DNA of 34,901 nucleotides, from the NCBI RefSeq assembly GCF_001194135.2, contig NC_068983.1:67984032-68018932 (forward strand), written 5' to 3'. Positions 1 to 9,687 of the stretch are shown one piece after another. Origin of the DNA: Octopus bimaculoides. Taxonomy: Eukaryota. Under the pieces are notes generated by a model. That model saw only the letters and a program-made list of their open reading frames with translations. It had not been told where the DNA came from and made no database searches. The translations under genes were made by a program, and so were the position numbers. How positions within the stretch are numbered: position 1 is the first letter of the stretch; each line of letters starts with the position of its first letter.

Positions 1-651
1 ACGGGGACGTAAACACACCAACACCGGTTGTCATTGCGGTGGTGGGAGACAAACACACGCACACACACATAAATATGTTGTTGTTGTTGTTGGCACTCCG
101 TCGCTTACGACGTCGAGTGTTCCAGCTGATCCAATCAACGGAACAGCCAGCTCGTGAAATTAACATGCAAGTGGCTGAGCACTCCACAGACACGTGTACT
201 CTTAACGTAGTTCTCAGGGATATTCAGCGTGACACAGTGTGACAAGGCTGACCCTTTGAATTACAGGCACAACAGAAACAGGAAGTAAGAGTAAGAGAAA
301 GTTGTAGTGAAAGAGTACAGCATGGTTCGCCACCATCCCCTGCCGGAGCCTCGTGGAGCATTTAGGTGTTTTCGCTCAATAAACACTCACAACGCCCGGT
401 CTGGGAATCGAAACCGCGAGTCCGCTTCCCTAACCACTGGGCCATTGCGCCTCCACACACATAAATATATACATATATAAATTTATATACGATGGACTTC
501 TTTCAGTTTCCGTCTACCTAAATCACTCACAGGGCTTTGGTTAGCCCCGGGGCTATAGTAGAAGACACTTGCCGAAGATGCTCCGCAATGGGGTTGAATC
601 CGGCACCATGTGGTTGAGAAGCAAGCTTCTTACCACACAGCTCCGCCTGCA
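1..651 (-). mobile_element. tRNA-derived SINE, family B, split by a nested family A insertion (B = 1-75 and 457-651)
   Basis: 457-651 is the reverse complement of the head and central region of the 16242-16810 copy (gaagacacttgcc, ggaaactgaaagaag). 1-60 matches its post-microsatellite body (acggggacgtaaacacac..caccggttgtca). Confidence 0.85.
76..456 (-). mobile_element. tRNA-derived SINE, family A, full length with a 14-bp deletion in the head
   Basis: Highly similar to 19409-19791. A-box tggcccagtgg, B-box gtttcgattcc, (CAA)n tail. TSD cacacacataaatat at 62-76 and 454-468. Confidence 0.92.
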
Positions 652-699
652 TAAAGTACAAAGTAAATGGATCTCTGTCGATTTATCTGATAAGTACTT

Positions 700-997
700 A
701 ATTGTTCAATCTACATGCCTTCCCGCTGCTTGAACTGGCATGTAAGTGAATGAGTATTCCGCAATGACAAGTCAATCCTCAGACAAACGGAACCCTCAGA
801 CAAGATCAGCGTGATGTAGTGTGTGATAAAGCTAAACCATTAAACTACTGGAGTGACCCAAATACTTTCCGTCTCTCTAATTTCGCTCAAAAGTCTTTGT
901 TTGAGCAAGTGCTATGGTAACTGACACTTATCTAAAATTTCACACCGAGGCTTCGGGATTTCGAAACAAACTTCTTAGCCATTCAAACAGGCTGCGA
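700..997 (-). mobile_element. Old diverged SINE with family-B-like head and centre and family-A-like 3' tail
   Basis: 700-850 aligns by eye with the A tail (cagcgtgatgtagtgtgtgataaagct vs cagcgtgacacagagtgtgacaaggct). 865-997 aligns with the B head and centre (tttccgtct..ctcaaaagtctttg..ctatggta..gacactt). Confidence 0.55.
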
Positions 998-1302
998 CAC
1001 AGATTGACATACATAGAGCACACGTATATTCTAATTCACACATATAGATGTGTGCGTATATGTGTGAAAATGTCTCTGTTTGTGTGTGTGCCTGTGCGTC
1101 GTTAACGAACAGAAGAAAAATAGGAAACAGTACATAGAATATTTACATAGAATATTTACCGAGAAGCTACAGTGACTGAAATTCCAAATTATTAATCAAA
1201 CGTAAGTCTGATAGGTGCTCAGTCAGGAACTTTTGGCTGAAATGAAATATGTGTGTGTGTGATTCTGTTTCACTAGATATTATTATTATCATTATTATTA
1301 TT

Positions 1303-1861
1303 GAGTGAGAGAGTAATACATGCCATCAAAGTGACAGAGGGGTACAAATATACGAAGCCCAATATACCCATCAGGACTACTCGCCTGATAAGGGTACACT
1401 AGGTACATGCATCAGAACCATATGTGCGCGACATTGTGACCTTATATCAAGATAAACAGCACGGGACCTTGCAGGTGGTGCCCAGTTAGAACTTTCTTCG
1501 GCTTGAGTAGCTCATTCAGCTCAAAAGATCCTTAAATGAGGGTTGTTTAAGGATGATGAACAAAGCACCCATGTTTCCAGAGGTGAATTATTCAAACCCC
1601 AAAGCGTTCCTCTCAACACAGGGCTATGATGCTCCCCCGCTTCTCCTGCTCGTGATCAGAGATGCACATATTGTCAGTCACTAAGGGACATGCTCAACCG
1701 GTTACGGTCAAGCAACTTACAAGCAAGCAAGTCTGTGGTATCGAGCAGAATATCTGCTGTAGCCTATCTTTTTACACCAAGACAAAGCATGTACGTGATA
1801 ACACTGCCAATCAGTTAAGATCAGAAGCCATGAGAGCCAGTGCCTGGTACTGAATCAGGGG
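1303..1861. mobile_element. ~560-bp non-coding interspersed repeat inserted in an (ATT)n tract
   Basis: Complex sequence bounded on both sides by (ATT)n (1279-1302 and 1862-1931). No A/B box and no credible ORF. Internal hairpin at 1365-1396. Confidence 0.55.
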
Positions 1862-1878
1862 ATTTATTATCATTATTA

Positions 1879-1931
<53 letters not shown>
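1862..1931. repeat. (ATT)n microsatellite
   Basis: Direct reading. Confidence 0.95.
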
Positions 1932-1932
<1 letters not shown>

Positions 1933-1934
<2 letters not shown>

Positions 1935-2217
1935 TAGTCTTATTTTTATCATGTGCTTTCAATGCACTACCGAGCGCAGCTCTGAATACCTTGGGTATGT
2001 GCTGTGATTTGTTGTGGTGCTCTTATTTTCATTGTATTGAAAGTGTTTTATGATGTGTGCGGTGCCTAGTAGTGCTATTTTCTGTATGTTGTATATATTT
2101 GTAAGTCCTGTTATTTTTGTTAAGTATTTTGTTATGTATTTGTCTGAATGTTTTTCTTTTATCATACCTAATGCGCCTACAATAGAAATTTTTGTTTTTA
2201 GGCCCCACATTCGAGTT
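1933..2217 (-). mobile_element. R4/Dong-type non-LTR retrotransposon 3' end (REL endonuclease C-terminus plus 3' UTR), 5'-truncated
   Basis: Minus frame MWGLKTKISIVGALGMIK...IQKIALLGTAHII matches the GALG / QK.ALLGTA.I end of REL-clade ORFs. 3' UTR similar to 27229-27325. (TAA)n tail. Confidence 0.8.
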
Positions 2218-2749
2218 TATTACTATCATCATCATCATCATCATCATTATTATTATTTGTGCTTCGAAAGAGAGAACACTTTTTCGCTGCTATAAGTTTT
2301 TTTTTTAAATTTGTTTTTATTGTATTAGAATTTTTGTTGGACTGTATACTACATAAGCCAGTTTGCTTTCCTTGTAGAGAGCTGGCTTGGCGAAAAATTC
2401 ACCCTTTAAAGGCGAATTTGGAGATACAAAATTTAAAATTTAATATTTTAAAACAAAAAATAACTATATGACTTCCCAACTCGAGGGAAATGATGGCTGT
2501 TGGAACAGCAGTTATGACATTATTTTCCCATCACTAATTGATATGGTCAAGAGATAAATCATAGTCAACATCAGCAACAACAACAACAACAGCAACAACA
2601 GCAGCAAAAACCACAGCAACAACTGCAACAGAAGCAGCAGCAGTGACCAAGGTGGAATATAAAATGACAAACGCACCACCTCCACTACTGCCCCAACGCT
2701 TATTTTAAAATAAAATGAGAAAGGTTTCGCACAAGCATGTCGTATATTG

Positions 2750-3800
2750 GAGAAAGTTGGCATGTTAGAAAAAGCATTAAGTGACACCAAAACGTACTCA
2801 ACAAAAATTGGAAGAACAGTATTTCTAAACACGCCAGAAGAAATAGAGGGAGACATTAAAAATAACTATTATATACAAAAACCAGGGGAACTGGAGCGAG
2901 CGACGCAGGCCTAGATCAGAAAATACCTGGCACCCGTCTGGGAGAAGCTTTGGCACAGTTGAGGTGAAATTTCCCAACTGAAGAAGTAGCCAATGGAAGT
3001 GCGACAACAACCTTCAAACGCGAAGAATTGTGGTTAATTTTGACATACCTCAGTCGGAAAGTGATTAAAATAAAGGTATCAGAAATACCATTAGATGAGG
3101 ATACTTCCTTGCTGGTGGTAACCACCAATGCACGAAATGGAAAAGGAAAATTGGTCAGGTAGGGGAATTGAATAATGGATACATGCCGATCTGGAGAGTA
3201 TCGAAGCCAGAAGAAATACAAGACATTAAAAATAACTATTATATACAAAACCCAGGGACTGCAGCGAGCGATGCAGGGGTAGATCGGAAAATGCCTAGCC
3301 CCTGAATGGGAGACGTTTTGGCACAGTTGAGGTGAGATTCCCAACTGATCAACCTCCTTAAAGGTACACAGCTATTTGTAGCAGTCGTGAGTAGAAAGCC
3401 GAGGTGTCACATTTGTGACGAGACAAACCACTTAGAGGCTCTCTACCTCGTGCAAAGAAAAGGAGCCCCCCACTAATACAACAACAATAGCATCAAAAGC
3501 AATGGCATCAATACAAACACCAACACCATCAGCACCAGTGCCAAGAGCAGCAGCATCCAAAACTAATACAAGAACAACAGAACGAACAACTGGAGATATC
3601 CATTCAACAATGTCAGCCGAAAGCACCCGACGAAAATGTTCTGCTCTGCACGCTCTCGTCCCGTGTCCAAGCATTGCTGACTTGTGTGTTTATGTGGGGG
3701 TATGTGACAATTGTCCGTGTGAACAAGCCTTAAATTGAAAGAAAATTCAGAGAGGCCACTTGCCCTAACAGTCAGGGAAATAGTGGATTTGTGGGATTTT
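2750..3800 (+). pseudogene. Decayed gag-like ORF1 of a non-LTR retrotransposon with a CCHC zinc-knuckle remnant and an internal duplication
   Basis: RKPRCHICDETNHLEALY at 3393-3446 fits CX2CX4HX4C with the last C changed to Y (tac). Broken frames read YSTKIGRTVFLNTP, GRSFGTVEVKF and LWLILTYLSRKVIKIKV. Stops and frameshifts present. Clade not determined. Confidence 0.5.
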
Positions 3801-3949
3801 CACGAGCAGCCCTAGAAAGTTTCCCTCTTTGGGGAATTACACATCATTAGAATTTATTTTGTTACCGTTTTTTTTTTTTTACACGATTGTATTGTCCAGT
3901 ACAGTCCCCTATTGATATTGTTGTTGTTATCAAGTTAGTTCATGCTTAT

Positions 3950-4390
3950 TTAATTGACTAGAGTATTATCTTGAAATTTGGTGACAAGTCTCCGTAAATC
4001 TCAAGAACTTTTGAAGGGAATCTTGCAGAGTATGGCATTTTTCTGCAGGTCGGCAGTGTGAGACTCAATTCCAATATCTTTCAGTCTTTTAGGTTTTATT
4101 CATTTTTTTTCCTGTTCTTTATTTTAAAGGCTCGCTTCTGTAATAGCATTTCATTACAGCTCTATTGTCGTTTTGAGTCCCTCTTCTCCTAACCCTCCAA
4201 GTAGTATTTGGATAACGACCAGACCCACTTGCTGCAGTGGAACACTTGCTGTACAAGAGACCCTCAATCGGGGTTTGGATCTCATGAACGTATTTGTGAT
4301 GTTTTTTTTAATTCTTTGGCATCACATTCATTAAGCTTACTATGATTATGAGATGTCACGAACACCAATGTTTTTTTATCGAGACACCAT
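3950..4390 (-). mobile_element. Highly decayed R4/Dong-type REL endonuclease C-terminal fragment
   Basis: Minus-strand pieces AKELKKHHKY, VVIQILLGGLG, PKRLKDIGIESHTADLQKNAIL and, after a frameshift, ARFPSKVLEI parallel the REL-clade C-terminus. Confidence 0.5.
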
Positions 4391-4433
4391 ATCTAGGGGC
4401 TGCCAGTTAAGGTTAAAGCAACACCACTACCTT

Positions 4434-4446
4434 TCTTCCTCTTCCT

Positions 4447-4477
<31 letters not shown>

Positions 4478-4494
4478 TTATTATTATTATTATT
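4434..4494. repeat. (CTT)n(ATT)n compound microsatellite
   Basis: Direct reading. Confidence 0.9.
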
Positions 4495-4500
4495 AATATT

Positions 4501-4732
4501 ATCAGCTAGTTAACTAAATAACCAACAAACTAATTGATTGTTTAATTAATCAGTTGATCAATCAATCAGCTAGTTAGTTTGTCAAAGTTTTTTTCCTTAC
4601 GCTTCGCTTTTTCATCAATGACGTGTTCTTGTTACTCTAGGTTGGTCATGTTGTATACAAACTCAGATCGATCAAACGATTAATTAAACATTCGAGTAGT
4701 TTATTAATTAATTAATTAATTAACGAGTTGAT
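4501..4732. repeat. Foldback (inverted-repeat) element, copy 1
   Basis: Arms 4501-4563 and 4666-4732 are imperfect reverse complements (tgtttaattaatc / gattaattaaaca). Spacer ~100 bp. Homologous to 29775-30003. Confidence 0.65.
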
Positions 4733-4796
4733 TAATAAGAAGAAAAGAAAGGGAAGCGAAATAGAAAAAATTCATGTATTTTTATTGGCAAAATGA

Positions 4797-4832
4797 CTCT
4801 CTCTCTTTATCTCTGTCCCTCTCTCTTTCTCC

Positions 4833-4873
<41 letters not shown>

Positions 4874-4886
4874 TCTCTCTCTCTCT
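4797..4886. repeat. (CT)n microsatellite
   Basis: Direct reading. Confidence 0.9.
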
Positions 4887-5376
4887 CTGAAGATATAATA
4901 ACATTTGTTTCAACTCACGATCTCACATGAAGACTCTTGCAAAAGAAATACAAAACGAAACATCTTACATGGTTTATTTTGAAATTTCTTCGAGATTCCT
5001 TCTATTAGTTTTGCCACAACGGAAACATTGAAACATTTTCAAGATTCGTTTACTTTCTGTAATTTATTGCAAAACAGATATCGGAAAGGACTTCTGTCGT
5101 AGGCTACCGATGTTTTAATGTTTCGAGTTTTCCCACTACTATTTATATATTTCGCCCATATATATTACCGAATCATACGCATATAAATAATTCCGAGCGC
5201 GTGTGCAAACACACACACACATACATACACATACACACATTCACACATACATACATACATACATTCATACATATTTGACAAAAAAAATAATAATAAATAA
5301 AATGACCATCCCAAAGTTCAACAATACCCCTTTCAACACACGATTTCACATCAGCAATCTTGCAAAACGAATTGAT

Positions 5377-5380
<4 letters not shown>

Positions 5381-5446
<66 letters not shown>
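5381..5446. repeat. (GT)n microsatellite
   Basis: Direct reading. Confidence 0.95.
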
Positions 5447-5447
<1 letters not shown>

Positions 5448-5519
5448 TGTGCTAAATAAAATGAGACAACAAAGCCAAGGCTGTGGGGAATTTTCAGGAC
5501 ATTTATAAAGAGAGAGTTA

Positions 5520-5567
5520 ATCTTACAGCTGTTTCTGGGATATTAGGGATATCCCTTCATCAGAGAC
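5520..5567 (-). ncRNA. Minimal type I hammerhead ribozyme motif (Penelope-like pLTR type)
   Basis: Minus strand reads gtct-CTGATGA-a-gggatat(cccta)atatccc-a-GAAA-c-agct-g-TA-agat: both core boxes, 7-bp stem II, palindromic stem III, GUA cleavage triplet, 3-4 bp stem I. Confidence 0.7.
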
Positions 5568-5709
5568 GATGTGAGATGGTTAAATAGAAGAGTTCAATAT
5601 AAGGAATTATTTTGGAAAGAGTGGAAATAAGAGGTTTAAAGGGAAATAAGAGAATAAAAATATATGTAGGATGTTATAGTTGCAGTTCCATTATCCAAGG
5701 AAAATGGTG

Positions 5710-5740
<31 letters not shown>

Positions 5741-5766
5741 CTGTAAAAATATGTGACACTTATTCG

Positions 5767-5919
5767 GTAGCCATGACAAAACTCCGAGTTTCGGATGCGG
5801 GGGTGGGAACCCTCGCCAACATCACTTCAGTTATCTGGGCATTGAAAATTCCTGTGAAAAAAATTTTTTTCACAGGAATTTTCAATGGCATCCGAAACTC
5901 GGAGTTTTATCATGGCTAC
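5767..5919. mobile_element. Foldback with 32-bp outer arms, a perfect 48-bp central palindrome and a degenerate hammerhead motif; probable Penelope-like inverted terminal remnant
   Basis: 5767-5798 vs 5888-5919 are reverse complements with 1 mismatch. 5840-5887 is a spacer-less palindrome. Minus strand 5775-5835 reads gataa-CTGAAGt-gatg..catc-c-GAAA-ctcggag-TT-ttgtc. Abuts an N-gap. Confidence 0.5.
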
Positions 5920-6048
5920 NNNNNNNNNNNNNNNNNNNNNNNNNNNNNNNNNNNNNNNNNNNNNNNNNNNNNNNNNNNNNNNNNNNAGATAAATTCCTCT
6001 ATTTACATAATATCGAGGTCTCTTTCTTTCTTTTGTTGTCCTTTCTAT

Positions 6049-6091
<43 letters not shown>

Positions 6092-6279
6092 CACACACAT
6101 TTGTTCCATATTTGTAGATTAACAGTGTTACCGATGACTTCACAGTGGGTGGGGTTGCATTTTTCAAGTGGAGCACTTGAGAAATGCGAACGACCCACAT
6201 TGGTGGTCCTGCTAATCCAATAGGATATTTATTCACTAAACGAGGCGTTGGGTACACGTTGTCATTGTTCTACACTATA

Positions 6280-6289
6280 ATGTGCGTGT

Positions 6290-6329
<40 letters not shown>

Positions 6330-6407
6330 GTGTGTGTGTGTATATATATGTGTGTGTGTGTGTATGTGTGTGTGTGTGTGTATATATGTGTGTGTGTGCG
6401 TGTGTGT
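6280..6407. repeat. (TG)n/(TA)n compound microsatellite
   Basis: Direct reading. Confidence 0.9.
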
Positions 6408-8315
6408 CACAAAAATTCATACTGTGGAACCGGTTCCTTCTATCAGCCAGTTCAACTGAGCATTATGCAATAAAATGTGAAAATCTTTGGTGGGACTCAA
6501 ATGTCATATAAGGGCTTCACATTGCATTATCAATAACTCATTTCAATGATTTATTTCTAGCAATGGCTTTGCTCGCATAAGAGAAAGTAGCCACTATGTA
6601 TGTATGTTCTCTACTGTGTTCAATTATTTGAATTCTTCCTCTGAAGAAGAAGCTGGTTTCTAACAGAGACACAAAGCTCCATCGCTGCAATGTCGATAAC
6701 AAAATCAATATCACATTTCAAACTTGAGGAAAGTTTTACATATTTTTACTGTTACACTTATAGTCTTCGTAATATGCGAATTAGTTGGTATGTATCTACG
6801 TACGTACATACGTATGTATGTATATATATATATACATATATATATGTAATATATATANNNNNNNNNNATATATTGTGGTGCTGAGGTCTCTTCCTGGAGA
6901 CAATGGGTTACCAATGTATTCACGCTCTTCTCAGTTATGTTTGGGTCGGCGACTAAACCGGCTCCCTTCTTGGTTCAGCTTGCTGGATCTTGGAGGAGGG
7001 TGTGAGGGCACCCATCAGAATTAAAAACAAGATCTGTTCAAACAAGGGTACAAGAGCGTTGTCCTTGTCCCTCATCACACCAAACTAAGGCCCCAACGGT
7101 GGTTCAAGCGGAGGAAGCTACATCTTCGAACTCAACGATTGATCCTAGCGGAAAGAGCGATGTCAGACGGACTGACTAGAAAGGCGCAACTCTAATAACA
7201 TTGGAGCTAGCGGCATTCCGTTGTAACCCATCTTCCGGATCTCATATGTCACTCCAGGTAGTGCCGCGGCAGAAGAATTTTGGGCCATAGTGCGTGGGGA
7301 TCCCCTTGGCAAAGGGATCTTCACTCCAAACGAATTTACACCATTGGCTCGTTTCTTTTTGATCCAACTCTTCCCCCTTCTTTGTTACAAAAGCCCAACA
7401 GCGATACGATAAGGATAGTGGGAGCAGGTTTTGGTGAAACTAGAAGCTCCTAGTCCGGACCTGCACGTTGGCGGCAGATGAAAGGTAGTCACCTTCCTGG
7501 ATCCTGGTGACAACCCAGAGACTTGGTCCCACATCTGCGACTGGGCAGACTTATTTGGGAACACCACTGCTCACCCTGAATGGGGCAGGCCCTAGATATA
7601 TATATATATATATATCACTATTCACTATCTGGATACCTCCCCAATCCCCCTCCTCTTAGTTCTCCACAAGATCATTCCATATTTGAACTCCTTCCTTTCA
7701 ACACCTTAAATGAAAGATCCCTTACCTGAAGACGGAGATTCATCTCATCCGACGATGGAATCAATCTACAAACATTATTTTGGATCACCGAGCCCCAAAA
7801 ACAGCTGTTGGATTTGTAGTACTTTTCTTCAACTCCTTTAGTTCTTGATATTATTTCTATTCTGTGTAAGTCGGAACTTTTTGTATGTAAACATATATAC
7901 ATNNNNNNNNNNNNNNNNNNNNNNNNNNNNNNNNNNNNNNNNNNNNNNNNNNNNNNNNNNNNNNNNNNNNNNNNNNNNNNNNNNNNNNNNNNNNNNNNNN
8001 NNNNNNNNNNNNNNNNNNNNNNNNNNNNNNNNNNNNNNNNNNNNNNNNNNNNNNNNNNNNNNNNNNNNNNNNNNNNNNNNNNNNNNNNNNNNNNNNNNNN
8101 NNNNNNNNNNNNNNNNNNNNNNNNNNNNNNNNNNNNNNNNNNNNNNNNNNNNNNNNNNNNNNNNNNNNNNNNNNNNNNNNNNNNNNNNNNNNNNNNNNNN
8201 NNNNNNNNNNNNNNNNNNNNNNNNNNNNNNNNNNNNNNNNNNNNNNNNNNNNNNNNNNNNNNNNNNNNNNNNNNNNNNNNNNNNNNNNNNNNNNNNNNNN
8301 NNNNNNNNNNNNNNC

Positions 8316-9386
8316 CTCGTCTACAGAATTCCTTTTCTTTTTTTTTCGTGCAAATAATTTTGAAAACTGCGGAATAAACCATAATCAGATGGATCAATGT
8401 CCGGCGAGTATGGTGGATTAGGCAACGTTTCCCATTCACACTGCTCCAGCCTTTAGAATGTCATCCTCGCCCTGTTTGGCCAAGCATCATCCCGATGGAA
8501 GAACACAATGGTCGTTTTTCTTCTAGTGCTAACTTAAGCCGCTCAAGCTGCTCTCAGTCGATCTCCTTTGTTATCGTTTGGTTTGGGTTTAAAAGTTCAA
8601 AGTGAACTAAACCTTTCATATCTCACCAAACAGATAACAACACCTTGCGTGTGTGAAAACCTTCTTTAACTTGGGGTACCCGTGTTTCTCCTTTCCCTAC
8701 CCACTGTCTTCGGCGCTTGACATTTTTATAGAGAACCCATTTTTCGTCGCCAGTTACTAGTCAGTCCAAAAAAAAGTTCATTCGCGAGACATGACAGCAA
8801 AGATGAGCACACATTCACTCTCCGCGCGCGATTAGACTCGGGAAGTTTGTGAGGAACCCATCGACCCAATTTGATGACTTTTCCGATGGCACATAGGTGT
8901 CGATGAATGGTTGAATGACCAAATCCAATCTTCTCTGTTAGTTCCTCAATAGTTACAATGGGATTTTGTTCCACCAGAGTTTGCATGACGTCCTCTTTGA
9001 GCTCTACAGATCTTCCAGGACGACGTTCGTCTTCTAGGCTGTAGTTTAAGGCTCAGAATTTCTGGAACCGCCGTTGACACTGCCTTACACTTATTGTCCG
9101 ATCCCCATATACTACATTAATATTCCTTGCACTTTCCATTGCGTTGTTGCCTTTATTGAACTCATAAAGCAAAACATTCCAAACATGCTCCTTTGTCACT
9201 TCCATTATAGCTTTGAACAAATAACTATTAAAATCGAACTGCACTCTTCAAAACTTGCACTACGAATAAGGGCAAGGTAAAATTACTACCTGCTTTTATA
9301 GCAAGTTGATTCAGGTAGTTTATCCCTCCCCCTCCAACTTTTAGTTTATGCAATTGAAAAACCGCATTATTTATGGGATGACCCAA
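8316..9386 (-). mobile_element. Mariner (Tc1/mariner, DD34D) transposon, decayed; 5' TIR present, 3' end in the gap
   Basis: ATG at 9205 (MEVTKEHVWNVLLYEFNKG). Motifs WVPHKL, VTGDEKW (after a frameshift), FHRDDA (HQDNA equivalent) and PPYSPDIDPSDY. Stops and frameshifts. TIR ttgggtcatcccataaataatgcgg ends at 9386 next to TA (9387-9388). Confidence 0.92.
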
Positions 9387-9444
9387 TATTTAAATACTTT
9401 GTATATTGACCTGTCTAACTTGCTTATCCCTACATCTACTTATG

Positions 9445-9631
9445 TAAGTATGCATGTATATATATATATGTATATATATGTATGTATATATGTATGTATA
9501 TATATATGTATGTATGTATGTATGTGTGTATGTATGTATACACACTCGCACACACACTATGAGTTTATATGTTATATTTCAATAGATATTACATGCACCA
9601 TGGGAATGTGTATGTTTGTATGCGTGCTTAC

Positions 9632-9685
<54 letters not shown>
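9445..9685. repeat. (TA)/(TATG)/(TG)n microsatellite cluster
   Basis: Direct reading. Confidence 0.85.

Positions 9686-9687
<2 letters not shown>

Noticed and set aside
39-242. Recurrent peptide LALRRLRRR..STEQPAREINVQVAEHSTDTCTLNVVL (also at 19637, 27813, 28280 and 28978)
   Set aside because: It is the antisense translation of the shared SINE tail, not a gene family.
6630-6680. ctgaagaagaagctggtttct as a hammerhead 5' core
   Set aside because: No GAAA and no stem III at the right distance.
7440-7600. HDV-like ribozyme at the edge of the GC-rich island
   Set aside because: Only simple nested hairpins were found; the P1/P3/P1.1 pseudoknot pairings could not be assigned on either strand.
7722-7765. 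Third hammerhead-like motif ctgaaga-cgga..tccg-acgatgg
   Set aside because: The GAAA box is missing and stems I and III cannot be formed. At best a dead remnant.
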